A stretch of DNA of 57,366 bases from Nitrospiraceae bacterium (lineage in GTDB: Bacteria > Nitrospirota > Nitrospiria > Nitrospirales > Nitrospiraceae): contig JBBIQV010000015.1 in assembly GCA_037442105.1 (NCBI GenBank), forward strand, positions 1 to 57,366, given 5' to 3'. A program made the position numbers and the translations under genes. The stretch's first letter is position 1. Each line of letters begins with the position of its first letter. Positions 28,001 through 37,847 of this stretch are shown here, in pieces. Under the pieces are notes generated by a model. That model was not told the origin of the DNA, made no database searches, and was given only the letters and a program-made list of their open reading frames with translations.

Positions 28001-28186
28001 ATGCCAAATCCGAAACATAAACATTCCCGCGCGCGCAGAGACAAGCGGCGGACAGCCAAGACCAGGCTTGCCCCGCCGGGGATGTCCGTGTGTCCCCAGT
28101 GTCATGAAGTGAAGCTCCCGCATTACACCTGCTTGAATTGCGGTACGTACAAAGGCAAGCCGGTGATTGCGGTTGAAGAAACATAG
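28001..28186 (+). CDS. rpmF: 50S ribosomal protein L32
   Basis: [28 protein letters not shown]. Confidence 0.96.
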   Translation: MPNPKHKHSRARRDKRRTAKTRLAPPGMSVCPQCHEVKLPHYTCLNCGTYKGKPVIAVEET

Positions 28187-28291
28187 TCTCGTGACCTCCC
28201 CCTGTCGCTGGTGTGCCGTGAGTCGGCCGGGGAGGTCGTCCTGCATCGTGTCGTCTCCGACGTTTCAATCCGAGTCACCGCTTCCGTTCAC

Positions 28292-29341
28292 GTGAACACC
28301 CAGACACGCACGAAAATTGCGCTTGATGCGATGGGCGGGGACCATGGGCCGGCCCCCGTGATCGAAGGCGCCATGCAGGCCGTGCAGGAGTGGGATGTCG
28401 AGATCCTGCTTGTCGGCCAGGAAGAGCTGCTGAAGGAAGAGTGCCGGCGCCTGCGCTGTTCTGATTCCCGCATCACCATCCGCCACGCTCCGCAGGTCGT
28501 TGAAATGGACGAATCGCCGGCCTCCGTCGCGCGTAAAAAGCGAGATTCCTCCATCTGGGTGGCGACTGAACTGGTGAAGAGCGGCGACGCGAGCGCGGTG
28601 ATCAGTCCCGGCAATACAGGCGCCAGTATGGTGGCGGCCTTCTTCGTGCTGGGCGCCATCAAAGGCGTTGAGCGTCCTGCCATCGCGACGATGTTGCCGA
28701 CCTTGACCGGCAGCGCCGTGATGCTGGATGTAGGTGCCAACGTGGACTGCCTCGCCAAACATCTTGAGCAATTCGCCCTGATGGGCAACGAGTACGCCAA
28801 GCATCTCTACGGCAAGCCTAATCCACGTATCGGGCTGCTCAGCATCGGGGAAGAGGATACCAAGGGCAACGAGGTGACCAAGGAAGCCTTTAAGCTGCTG
28901 AAGGCCTCGCCGCTCAATTTCATCGGCAACGTCGAGGGGCGCGATGTCTATAGCGGTGCGGCAGACGTCGTCGTCTGCGACGGCTTTATCGGCAACGTGG
29001 CGCTCAAGATTTCGGAGGGCGTCGCGGACACGATCAAGAAACTTCTGTTGAAGGAAATTTCCGGTTCCTGGCTGGGCCGGCTGGCCTATCCGCTGATAGC
29101 GGCTCCGCTGCTCAACCTGAAGCGCAAGATTGATTACGCCGAGTTCGGCGGGGCGCCGCTCCTGGGGGTGAACGGGATCACGATGATCTGCCACGGCCGT
29201 TCTTCCGCTAAGGCGATCAAGAACGCCGTCAAGCGCGCGAAAGGACTGGCCGAAAGCCGGTTGAACGAGCTGATCCTGCGCGACATCGAAGAAAGCTTGG
29301 CCCGACAGCAATCTACAAATGAACAGGGGGCGCCGGCGTGA
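28292..29341 (+). CDS. plsX: Phosphate acyltransferase
   Basis: IALDAMGGD, GNTGA, LDVGAN, GGAPLLG. Start uncertain. Confidence 0.95.
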   Translation: MNTQTRTKIALDAMGGDHGPAPVIEGAMQAVQEWDVEILLVGQEELLKEECRRLRCSDSRITIRHAPQVVEMDESPASVARKKRDSSIWVATELVKSGDASAVISPGNTGASMVAAFFVLGAIKGVERPAIATMLPTLTGSAVMLDVGANVDCLAKHLEQFALMGNEYAKHLYGKPNPRIGLLSIGEEDTKGNEVTKEAFKLLKASPLNFIGNVEGRDVYSGAADVVVCDGFIGNVALKISEGVADTIKKLLLKEISGSWLGRLAYPLIAAPLLNLKRKIDYAEFGGAPLLGVNGITMICHGRSSAKAIKNAVKRAKGLAESRLNELILRDIEESLARQQSTNEQGAPA

Positions 29342-30312
29342 GAGCGAGAATCAGTGGGACCGGCTCACACGCTCCAGCGCGTGTGCTCACCAACGCGGAG
29401 CTGGAGCGCATGGTAGCTACGTCGGACGACTGGATCGTCGAGCGGACCGGCATCCGCGAGCGGCATGTGGCGGCGACGGGTGAGGCTTGTTCGGATCTTG
29501 GGTTCATCGCGGCCGAACGGGCGCTCAAGGCCGCCGGTATATTGGCGGCCGATCTGGACTTCATCCTGGTCGCCACCTGCACGGGCGATATGCCGCTGCC
29601 GGCTACCGCTTGCGTGCTCCAGCACCGGTTGGGTGCGGTGCGCGCCGCCGCCTGCGATCTCTCGGCAGCCTGCTGCGGGTTCGTCTATGCGTTGTCGGTG
29701 GCCGACGCTTACGTCCAAACCGGAATGCGCCATGTGCTGGTAGTGGGATCGGAAGTGATGTCCGCCATCACGGATTGGACCGACCGGAATACGTGCATCC
29801 TCTTTGGGGATGGGGCCGGTGCGACCGTCATCAGCGCCTCGGACGGCAACCGAGGGATTCTCTCGACCCATCTGCATTCCGATGGAAGCCTCTGGGACCT
29901 CATCGCGGTGCCTGGCGGTGGGGCACGCATGCCTCCGTCTGAAAAAGTGATCAATGAACGGCTCCAGTACATCAAAATGAAGGGGAACGAGACTTTCAAG
30001 GTCGCGGTGAGAACCTTGGAAGAAGTCGCCCGCGAGACGCTGGCGGCGAATCAGTTCTCGGTCGAGGATATCGATCTGTATGTGCCGCATCAGGCCAACG
30101 CGCGAATTATTAAGGCGGTGGCGGAACGGTTAGGGCTTCCGCTTGAGAAAGTGATGTTGAACATGGATCGCTATGGGAACACCTCGGCGGCATCGATTCC
30201 GATCGCGCTGGATGAAGCCGTCCGCGAAGGGCGATTGAAAGAAGGGGATATCGTGATGCTCGGCGCGTTCGGAGCCGGGCTTACGTGGGCATCGGCGCTG
30301 ATCAGGTGGTAG
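29338..30312 (+). CDS. fabH: 3-oxoacyl-ACP synthase III
   Basis: AACCGF, HQAN, GNTSAASIP. Confidence 0.97.
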   Translation: MRARISGTGSHAPARVLTNAELERMVATSDDWIVERTGIRERHVAATGEACSDLGFIAAERALKAAGILAADLDFILVATCTGDMPLPATACVLQHRLGAVRAAACDLSAACCGFVYALSVADAYVQTGMRHVLVVGSEVMSAITDWTDRNTCILFGDGAGATVISASDGNRGILSTHLHSDGSLWDLIAVPGGGARMPPSEKVINERLQYIKMKGNETFKVAVRTLEEVARETLAANQFSVEDIDLYVPHQANARIIKAVAERLGLPLEKVMLNMDRYGNTSAASIPIALDEAVREGRLKEGDIVMLGAFGAGLTWASALIRW

Positions 30313-30319
30313 GGAAAGA

Positions 30320-30386
30320 AGCGATCAGCGGTCAGCTATCAGCTCAGGAATAGGTTGCCGTAACTGATCGCTGACGGCTGACAGCT
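30320..30386. repeat. Inverted heptamer arrays in the fabH-fabD spacer
   Basis: AGCGATC AGCGGTC AGCTATC AGCT ... ACTGATC GCTGACG GCTGACA GCT. Confidence 0.8.
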
Positions 30387-30443
30387 CCCCGAAACTTTTT
30401 CCCGTTGACATTCAAAACAATTTCTACGATATCTAACTCCGCT

Positions 30444-31382
30444 ATGGCTGCTGGAATCGGTTTAGTGTTTCCCGGCCAGGGCTCGCAATCGGTCGGAATG
30501 GGGCAGGCGTTGTATGAGGCTTTCCCCTCCCTCCGCAGTTTTTATGAAGAAGCGTCCTCAGTCTTGGGGTACGAGGCAACCGCCCTCTGTTTCGAGGGAC
30601 CGGCCGATCGGCTCAACCGGACCGAGTACACACAGCCGGCATTGTTGGTGTCGAGCATCGCGGCGTTTCGAATGTTGGAACCGGCCGGGCTCATTCCCGT
30701 CGCGGTTGCCGGGCACAGTTTGGGAGAATACTCGGCGCTCGTGGCCGCCGGCGGGGTTTCGTTTCGCGATGCGGTCGCGCTTGTACAAAAGCGCGGGCGG
30801 TACATGGCGGAAGCCGTCGCGCCGGGAACCGGCCTCGTTGCCGCGTTGTTAGGATTGGCGCCGGAGGTGGTCAAGGGCATATGCCGAGATGCCTCGTCCG
30901 AGGGGATAGTGGCGGCGGCGAATTTCAACTGTCCGGGCCAGGTGGTGATCGCCGGCGAAAAGGCAGCGGTGGAATGTGCGCTGGAACTGGCCAAGACCAA
31001 AGGCTGCCGGAAAGCAATCCCGCTGCCGGTCAGCGTGCCGGTACATACGCCGCTGATGCAGAAGGCGGCGGATCGATTGGCGCCGGAGGTTGCCGCGGTG
31101 ACATGGGCCGACCTCAAGACGCCGCTGGTGAATAATGCAGAGGCCCGGCCGCTGCGCGCTGCGGCGGACGTTCAGGCCTCGTTAATTCGCCAGCTCCCGT
31201 CATCGGTCTTGTGGGAAGACTCGATCAGGACGATGGCGAGGATGGGCGTGACAACGTTCATCGAAGTGGGGCCCGGCACTGTCCTGACCGGACTGGTGAA
31301 GCGGATATTGCCGGAGGCGGTGACGCTGAACGTGAACGATCCGAAGTCGTTGGATGCGACGTTAGTAAGTCTCAAAGTGTGA
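30444..31382 (+). CDS. fabD: Malonyl-CoA:ACP transacylase
   Basis: FPGQGSQ, TQPAL, GHSLGEY. Confidence 0.97.
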   Translation: MAAGIGLVFPGQGSQSVGMGQALYEAFPSLRSFYEEASSVLGYEATALCFEGPADRLNRTEYTQPALLVSSIAAFRMLEPAGLIPVAVAGHSLGEYSALVAAGGVSFRDAVALVQKRGRYMAEAVAPGTGLVAALLGLAPEVVKGICRDASSEGIVAAANFNCPGQVVIAGEKAAVECALELAKTKGCRKAIPLPVSVPVHTPLMQKAADRLAPEVAAVTWADLKTPLVNNAEARPLRAAADVQASLIRQLPSSVLWEDSIRTMARMGVTTFIEVGPGTVLTGLVKRILPEAVTLNVNDPKSLDATLVSLKV

Positions 31383-31435
31383 AAGTTAAAAAGTCGAAGG
31401 TCCGAAGACTTGACGACCTTCGACGGGGGTTGTGG

Positions 31436-32179
31436 ATGTCGTTGCAAGGCAGAGTCGCAATCGTTACCGGAGCTGCCCAAGGCATCGGGCGGGCCGTTGC
31501 GGAAGCGTTGGCTCGCGATGGCGCGGATATCGTGGTGGCCGACCTCGATCCTGGCCGGTCCCAAGAGGCGGTTGCTGCCATTCAGCAACTGGGCCGGCGG
31601 GTTTTGAACGTGAAAGTGAACGTCGCCGATTTCAACGACGTGAAGGCGATGGTTGATCAAGTCCTCAAGGAGTGGGGCAGGATCGACATTTTGGTGAACA
31701 ACGCCGGCATCACGCGAGACGGGCTGCTCCTTCGTATGAAGGAGGACGATTGGAACCTGGTGCTGCAAGTGAATCTGAACGGGACGTTCCACTGCACCAA
31801 AGCCGTGCTGCTGCCGATGACGAAAGCGCGATATGGGCGCATCGTCAACATTGCCTCCATCGTCGGGGCGATGGGCAATGCGGGGCAGGCGAACTATGCG
31901 GCGTCGAAAGCGGCGGTGATCGGCTTTACCAAAACGGTGGCTCGGGAATATGCTGGTCGATCCGTGACGGTGAATGCAGTCGCGCCCGGGTTCATCGATA
32001 CGGCGATGACGCAGGGCCTCCCGCCGGAGGTGAAAGAGACCTTGCAGAAGCAGATTCCGTTGGGGAGATTGGGCCAGCCGAGCGATATCGCGGCGGCGGT
32101 CCGGTTCTTGGTGTCGGACGAGGCATCGTACATTACGGGGCACGTACTGCACGTCAATGGTGGAATGTTGATGGCGTAA
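31436..32179 (+). CDS. fabG: 3-oxoacyl-ACP reductase
   Basis: TGAAQGIG, NNAGITRD, YAASK. Confidence 0.97.
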   Translation: MSLQGRVAIVTGAAQGIGRAVAEALARDGADIVVADLDPGRSQEAVAAIQQLGRRVLNVKVNVADFNDVKAMVDQVLKEWGRIDILVNNAGITRDGLLLRMKEDDWNLVLQVNLNGTFHCTKAVLLPMTKARYGRIVNIASIVGAMGNAGQANYAASKAAVIGFTKTVAREYAGRSVTVNAVAPGFIDTAMTQGLPPEVKETLQKQIPLGRLGQPSDIAAAVRFLVSDEASYITGHVLHVNGGMLMA

Positions 32180-32187
32180 CCAAAACT

Positions 32188-32275
32188 TAGGCAAGGGGCG
32201 AATGGGCAAGGGGCAATAGGTTGAGGATAGGGCTCGGCGAAGCCCTCTCGCCCCTCGCCCCATGCCTCTAGCCTA
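32188..32275. repeat. Inverted heptamer arrays in the fabG-acpP spacer
   Basis: GGCAAGG GGCGAATG GGCAAGG GGCAATA ... TCTCGCC CCTCGCC CCATGCC TCTAGCC, around an inner AGGGCT/AGCCCT hairpin. Confidence 0.8.
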
Positions 32276-32315
32276 CAAAAGGAGGTTTCGTATGGGGAAG
32301 GAGGTGGGCAAGTCA

Positions 32316-32549
32316 ATGGCAACAGTCGATGAACGCGTCAAGAAGATCATTGCAGAACAACTAGGGGTTGAAGAAGATGAGGTGACGCCCGAAGCCCACT
32401 TTGTCGAAGACCTCGGCGCAGACTCGCTCGATACGGTCGAGCTGGTGATGGCGCTCGAAGAAGAATTTGAGATCGAGATTCCGGACGAAGATGCTGAGAA
32501 GATCCTCACCGTAGGCAAAGCGCTCGATTATATTAAGGAGAAGGTCTAA
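32316..32549 (+). CDS. acpP: Acyl carrier protein
   Basis: [14 protein letters not shown]. Confidence 0.98.
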   Translation: MATVDERVKKIIAEQLGVEEDEVTPEAHFVEDLGADSLDTVELVMALEEEFEIEIPDEDAEKILTVGKALDYIKEKV

Positions 32550-32565
32550 GCAGGGTTACAAGGCC

Positions 32566-33816
32566 ATGACGGAGCGAACGACACGACGAGTCGTGGTAAC
32601 CGGGCTGGGAGCGGTTACGCCGCTTGGGACGGGTGTCGAGAAAACCTGGAAAGCTCTGTGCGCCGGGGAATCCGGCATCGGCCGGATTACCCGCTTCGAT
32701 CCCGCCAAGTACGCAGCCCAGATTGCGGGCGAAGTCAAAGATTTCGATCCTGCTCAGTTTATCGAGAAAAAAGAAATCAAAAAGATGGACACGTTCATCC
32801 ACTACGCCGTTGGCGCAAGCCAACTCGCGGTGGATGATGCCGGGCTGAAAGTGCCGACCGAGGAATCCGATCGATTCGGTGTGTATATCGGGTCCGGCAT
32901 CGGCGGGCTCGGCTCGATCGAGCATTATCACACGATCCTGCAGGAGCGGGGGCCGGACCGTGTGTCTCCTTTCTTCATCCCGATGACCATCATCAATCTG
33001 GCATCCGGGCAGGTGGCCATCCGGTTTGGCGCACGTGGACCCAACTCCTGCGCCGTCACCGCCTGTGCGACGGGCAATCACTGTATTGGGGATGCGTTCC
33101 GGCTCATTCAGCGAGGTGAGGCCGACGTGATGTTGGCCGGTGGCGCCGAAGCGGCGGTTACGCCGCTGGGGGTCGCCGGTTTTGCGGCAGCGCGTGCCTT
33201 GTCGTTCCGCAACGACGATCCGCCGCGGGCGAGTCGTCCGTTCGACCGCGATCGGGATGGATTTGTCTTGGGGGAAGGAGCCGGGGTTGTCGTTCTGGAA
33301 GAACTGGAACGGGCGCGCCGTCGCGGCGTCCGCATCTATGCCGAGCTGGTCGGCTATGCCATGAACGGGGACGCCTATCACATTACCGCTCCGCCTGAGG
33401 AAGGGGAAGGCGCGGTTCGGTGTATGGAACTGGCGATCAAGGATGCCGGTATCACGAAGGATCAGATCGGGTATATCAACGCACATGGTACCTCGACCAT
33501 GGCCGATGCCATCGAGACGAAGGCGATTAAGCAGGTCTTCGGCGAGCAGGCCTATCGCATTCCCGTGAGCTCCACCAAGTCGATGACGGGACATCTGCTC
33601 GGCGCAGCCGGCGGGGTCGAGGCAATCTTCAGCGCCTTGGCTCTGTATCATGGGATCTTGCCGCCCACGATCAACTTGGATAACCCCGATCCGGCGTGCG
33701 ACTTAGACTACATCCCCCACCGGGCGCGTCCGGCTAAGCCCATAGCGGTGCTGTCCAACTCGTTCGGGTTCGGTGGTGTCAACGCCTGTCTCCTCTTCAA
33801 GCGTCACAATGGCTAG
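32566..33816 (+). CDS. fabF: 3-oxoacyl-ACP synthase II
   Basis: TACATG, HGTST, GHLLGAAG, SFGFGG. Confidence 0.97.
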   Translation: MTERTTRRVVVTGLGAVTPLGTGVEKTWKALCAGESGIGRITRFDPAKYAAQIAGEVKDFDPAQFIEKKEIKKMDTFIHYAVGASQLAVDDAGLKVPTEESDRFGVYIGSGIGGLGSIEHYHTILQERGPDRVSPFFIPMTIINLASGQVAIRFGARGPNSCAVTACATGNHCIGDAFRLIQRGEADVMLAGGAEAAVTPLGVAGFAAARALSFRNDDPPRASRPFDRDRDGFVLGEGAGVVVLEELERARRRGVRIYAELVGYAMNGDAYHITAPPEEGEGAVRCMELAIKDAGITKDQIGYINAHGTSTMADAIETKAIKQVFGEQAYRIPVSSTKSMTGHLLGAAGGVEAIFSALALYHGILPPTINLDNPDPACDLDYIPHRARPAKPIAVLSNSFGFGGVNACLLFKRHNG

Positions 33817-34576
33817 CTCCCGGTCCTCTCCGAGTGGCCGTGCGAAGAACATGACGGTGGCAGCCTCCACAGATGCGGTCCAACGTACCATCGGATACCG
33901 CTTCCGAGATCCTCGCCTGCTCGCCCAAGCTCTCACGCACAAGTCCTACGTCAACGAACGTAAAACGAGCGAAGATCGGGACAACGAGCGACTGGAGTTT
34001 CTCGGCGATGCCGTGCTCTCCTTGATCGTCAGCGAACATCTGTCAGTGGCCTGGCCGGAACTGAGCGAAGGCGCGCTGTCCAAGCTCAAAGCGCGGCTCG
34101 TCAGCGAATCGTGCTTGGCTGCGGCCGCCAGCCGGCTGGATCTTGGGCGCCGTCTGCGCTTGGGGAAAGGGGAAGAACAGTCGAAGGGGCGGGAGAAACA
34201 CTCCTTGCTCGCCGATGCGCTGGAAGCCCTCATTGGCGCGGTTTATCTGGATGGGGGGTTGGACGCCAGCCGCGTGTTCACGGAGCGAGTGCTGGCTCCC
34301 GAGCTGAAGGACGTCGAAGAACAACACGTGCGGCCGGGCACGGGTGATTACAAGACGCAACTCCAAGAGCTCTGTCAGAAACGATTCGGCACTCTGCCGC
34401 AGTATACGACCGTGCGAGAATCCGGGCCGGACCATCAAAAACAATTTGAAGTCGAGCTGACGCTCAGTGGCGAAGTTGTCGGCGTTGGGCGCGGTCGTAC
34501 CAAGAAGGAAGCCGAGCAGATGGCGGCAAAACAGGCGCTGGAATACGGAGGCGTTCAGTGGCGAAGCGGAGGGTGA
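33809..34576 (+). CDS. rnc: Ribonuclease III
   Basis: NERLEFLGDAVL signature plus dsRBD. Start is 33809 or 33851. Confidence 0.96.
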   Translation: MASSRSSPSGRAKNMTVAASTDAVQRTIGYRFRDPRLLAQALTHKSYVNERKTSEDRDNERLEFLGDAVLSLIVSEHLSVAWPELSEGALSKLKARLVSESCLAAAASRLDLGRRLRLGKGEEQSKGREKHSLLADALEALIGAVYLDGGLDASRVFTERVLAPELKDVEEQHVRPGTGDYKTQLQELCQKRFGTLPQYTTVRESGPDHQKQFEVELTLSGEVVGVGRGRTKKEAEQMAAKQALEYGGVQWRSGG

Positions 34577-34611
34577 AGGGGCTCTGAGATTTCGATCAAG
34601 GGAGGCAGACT

Positions 34612-35223
34612 ATGCGAGCGTATCGTCGGGTGCGGCTATGGATGGTTATCGTGGGGGTGGTCGTGAGCTTCTCGTTGGGAATGGAACCGGCGCTCTTTGC
34701 TGCGGACAAGGCGCCGGCCGGCAAGCAGGCGGCCGCGCCCAAAGGGCCGAAGGCCGTCATCAAGACGAAGTTCGGCGAAATCGAGCTGAGGTTGTGGCCC
34801 GATGTGGCGCCGAAGCATGTGGAGAATTTCATCAAGCTGGCCAAGTCCGGGTTCTACAACGGGACCATCTTCCACCGCGTGATTCCCGGCTTCATGATTC
34901 AGGGCGGCGATCCGAACACCAAAGATTCCTTGAAGAAGGAGACGTACGGACAGGGTGGTCCAGGCTATACCGTGCCGGCCGAGTTCAACGATACGCCCCA
35001 CAAACGCGGCATTCTCTCGATGGCGCGGGCGCAGGACCCGGACAGCGCCGGCTCACAGTTTTTCATCGTCGTCGAGGACTCACGATTCCTGGATCGCAAG
35101 TACACGGCCTTCGGTGAGGTAACGAAGGGGATCGGCGTGGCCGACAAGATCGTGAACCTGCCGCGCAATGCACAAGATCTGCCGAATGAGCGGGTAGAGA
35201 TGACGGTGACGATCGTGGAGTAA
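34612..35223 (+). CDS. Periplasmic cyclophilin-type peptidyl-prolyl isomerase
   Basis: Signal peptide; FHRVIPGFMIQGGDP, SAGSQFFI. Confidence 0.95.
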   Translation: MRAYRRVRLWMVIVGVVVSFSLGMEPALFAADKAPAGKQAAAPKGPKAVIKTKFGEIELRLWPDVAPKHVENFIKLAKSGFYNGTIFHRVIPGFMIQGGDPNTKDSLKKETYGQGGPGYTVPAEFNDTPHKRGILSMARAQDPDSAGSQFFIVVEDSRFLDRKYTAFGEVTKGIGVADKIVNLPRNAQDLPNERVEMTVTIVE

Positions 35224-35231
35224 AAGAGAAC

Positions 35232-35323
35232 GGGGGCAGCCGAGGCGTCCCCATGCTCCCGGAGCCCGCACCTCAGAAGGTGCTCGCTCGACGGGCGCAG
35301 TCAGGGACACCTCGGCTGCCCCC
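35232..35323. repeat. Palindromic (REP/MITE-like) element of about 92 bp
   Basis: GGGGGCAGCCGAGGCGTCCC ... GGGACACCTCGGCTGCCCCC, 20-bp arms with one mismatch. Confidence 0.75.
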
Positions 35324-35405
35324 CTTGGGAGGGTGGATGCATGGCAATTTCCGGAAGATGCGTGGGACCATAGCCGAACAGGTCGCTCCGGAGTTTGTGT
35401 AATCC

Positions 35406-35777
35406 TTATTTGATCTTCTCCAGCAGGGCTCGGAGTCGTTCTCGCTGGGATGGATACAGGAAGACGAAATGCAGACCGAAGGCGTCTCCAGAGACCCAGC
35501 GGACGACGGCCCGCTCTACTGCTACCGGCTCCATTTCATTGGGTAAGTGGATGAGCACTCGTAATTCCAGCCCCGCTGCCACATTGGTGGCGGACTCGGC
35601 TCGGCATCCCGTTGTTGAAAGATTCGTTACTTTGGCTCCTGCTTCAATTTCGTCGACGGAGAAGGTCAGGGTGCATCCGAATTCTACGCGACGCGCTTTG
35701 CGGATTTTCTTCTTTTGCCCTGTTTCCTGACTCGGTGGTTGCGCGCGATTCCCCTGGTCCGTCACGTGGTCACACAC
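35406..35777 (-). CDS. PilZ domain protein
   Basis: RKARR (RxxxR), NLSTTG, VVRW, FGLHF. Confidence 0.88.
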   Translation of the reverse strand: MCDHVTDQGNRAQPPSQETGQKKKIRKARRVEFGCTLTFSVDEIEAGAKVTNLSTTGCRAESATNVAAGLELRVLIHLPNEMEPVAVERAVVRWVSGDAFGLHFVFLYPSQRERLRALLEKIK

Positions 35778-35781
35778 TCTC

Positions 35782-36483
35782 TCAGTGGTGGTGATGATGC
35801 CGGCATTCGGGGGAATGGACGTGCTGTTCGGCCGGCGGCGGCATGAAGGATTGACCCGGCAGGACGATATGGCCGCGCTCCTGTTGCGTCGTGAGGTGCT
35901 CGGCGATCTCCGGATGGTAGGTGCGGATGTACCCGATCAGGCCGCCGAGGAATCGCTGCGATTGAAAGGCGGTTCCTGAGAACTCCGTGACAAACTTAAG
36001 CGCGCGGTCCAGCACCTCGGGCGCGATCTGGGATTCAACTATCTGTTGCGGTTCTTGCTTCTTGAAGGCCTCATATTCTTTCTTCAGATGTTCGGCAAAG
36101 ACCGGCATCGGGGCAGAGGGGATATGCAACGGGCTGAGCGTGCGACGGAGGGCTTGAATCCCGGCGAGGACCTCCGCATCCTGCCCATCACGGCGTCCTT
36201 GGAAATAGCTGAACGTGACCACCTCGATGAGATTGAACAGCGCCGCAGCCTTTTCACCGCCCAGTTCGGTCAGCTCCTTGTAGATCTCCCGCCGTGCGGG
36301 CGCGAACTGTTGGCCCAGCCGCCTCTGTTGGTAGTCGCTGCCGGTATCCAGAAACCCACAGTCTGCCGGGCAGGCGATGCGGGCTATCCTGTGCTCGCCG
36401 CAGCACTGGCTGCAGATCATGCCGCTCAGCGCGGGACAGGATCGTTTCCCCTTCCGCTGATGACAATAGACGCACTTGCTCAT
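35782..36483 (-). CDS. Conserved hypothetical protein with Cys-rich N-terminus and His-rich tail
   Basis: CVYC..RSCPAL..ICSQCCG..CPADC; ends HVHSPECRHHHHH. Confidence 0.8.
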   Translation of the reverse strand: MSKCVYCHQRKGKRSCPALSGMICSQCCGEHRIARIACPADCGFLDTGSDYQQRRLGQQFAPARREIYKELTELGGEKAAALFNLIEVVTFSYFQGRRDGQDAEVLAGIQALRRTLSPLHIPSAPMPVFAEHLKKEYEAFKKQEPQQIVESQIAPEVLDRALKFVTEFSGTAFQSQRFLGGLIGYIRTYHPEIAEHLTTQQERGHIVLPGQSFMPPPAEQHVHSPECRHHHHH

Positions 36484-37520
36484 CGTTTCGCCGGGGTCTC
36501 ATGTTCGGGTTTGGGCGGCGGAGGTACGAATCCATAATCGGCCAGCGTCCGTTTCTGGCCTTTGGCTCTGCCCTCCGTGGGAGTTTCCAATCCGTTCATC
36601 TCGGCTGCATGGGCGAACTGATACGGTACAAGGATCAAGTTGTTCCCACGATCCACACTGATATCGGCCGGCGCCAGCAGGTATTCCGCAATGACCTGAA
36701 ACCGCTTGTCCGGGGTCATGCGCCAGATCTTGCCCCTCGTCTGATCAGAGACGTACATATTGTTCCATCGGTCGAAATCCACGCCGCTGAGGTTTTCGAA
36801 CCGGGAGGAGAAAAACCCGTTCGAGACGAGTTCCGTCAGCGCCCCCTCGGGGGTAATATCCAGAATCTTTCCTTTGTCCCAGCTCACCACGATGATGTGA
36901 CCGGTCTGGGGGTGTATAGCGACGCCGGATGGTCCGGCCAGCCGCTCATCGTGCACGAAAACAGAAACTGCATGCTGACGCGCTGCGTCCACACGATAAA
37001 TGCTGTTGCCGGCCGTATCTGAAAGGTACAGCAAACCCTGGCCGTTGGCGGCAACGTCGGTCAAGGTAATGCGTCGATGCGCGGCGCTCCCGTGGCCGGC
37101 CAGCGATATGGTGACCACCGGCTTCCCGGTGTTCTTGTCGAACCCGCGCAGCGTGTCTAAATCGACCACGTACAGGATCGGGTCTACGAGGGCCATGCCT
37201 TTGGGGGCATGGAGCTCGACTGAGCCATCGCCACCGGCGATGAACTTGAGGGTCACAATCCTGCCCGCGCTGTCCAGTTTGGTGATAAAGCCATTGTTGT
37301 CCCGCGCGTCCGGCTCTCCGTTCACGTTGGAAATGAAATAGGCCTTGCCGGACGGATCGGCCAGAAAACTATGCGGGGACTGCAGGCCCATCACCTGCGC
37401 CGCATAAGCTGGTCGGCTCAGCAGCTCGATCAGCAACAGACAGGTGAGCGCCAAGCATGCAAGGGCCCAAAGCACTCTTTCAGAGCCTCGATGATCGGCG
37501 CCTGGGAGCCTGTCCGACAT
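36480..37520 (-). CDS. SMP-30/gluconolactonase-like beta-propeller periplasmic protein
   Basis: YFISNVNG..DNNGFITKL, LHAPKGMA, PADI. Start uncertain. Confidence 0.8.
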   Translation of the reverse strand: MSDRLPGADHRGSERVLWALACLALTCLLLIELLSRPAYAAQVMGLQSPHSFLADPSGKAYFISNVNGEPDARDNNGFITKLDSAGRIVTLKFIAGGDGSVELHAPKGMALVDPILYVVDLDTLRGFDKNTGKPVVTISLAGHGSAAHRRITLTDVAANGQGLLYLSDTAGNSIYRVDAARQHAVSVFVHDERLAGPSGVAIHPQTGHIIVVSWDKGKILDITPEGALTELVSNGFFSSRFENLSGVDFDRWNNMYVSDQTRGKIWRMTPDKRFQVIAEYLLAPADISVDRGNNLILVPYQFAHAAEMNGLETPTEGRAKGQKRTLADYGFVPPPPKPEHETPAKR

Positions 37521-37707
37521 TGCCGTTCGCTGCAGTAGAAAGGTCAATGTCGGCAGGCTCCTAACAAGGGGGTATTCAAGGTTGGAGTAGAGAACCGTGA
37601 AATGACGAGAGGCATCGTAGCCAACGGGAGAAGGGTCTGTCAAGAAAGCCGGCTTCTTGGCTGCTCGCCTTACCCCTCACGCCTAACCCCTTACCGATTT
37701 CCAGGCG

Positions 37708-37737
37708 TTGACTTGAGTAAAAAACCCCTGCTATCGT
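37708..37737 (+). promoter_or_regulatory. sigma70 promoter of folD-metF-panB
   Basis: TTGACT-18-TATCGT with extended TG. Confidence 0.55.
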
Positions 37738-37754
37738 GCACTGCTTTTGCAGGA

Positions 37755-37828
37755 AGCTGTCAGCCTTCAGCTTTCAGCAAATTCTCTGCGTCGCTCGGCT
37801 GAATGCTGACTGCTGAGAGCAGAGAGCT
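37755..37828. repeat. Inverted heptamer arrays in the folD 5' UTR
   Basis: AGCTGTC AGCCTTC AGCTTTC AGC ... GCTGAAT GCTGACT GCTGAGA GCAGAGA GCT. Confidence 0.8.
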
Positions 37829-37847
37829 TCTTTTATGGAGGGACAAC

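Noticed and set aside
30405..30435. Internal fabD promoter starting at TTGACA
   Set aside because: Perfect -35 but no convincing -10 at 16-18 nt spacing.
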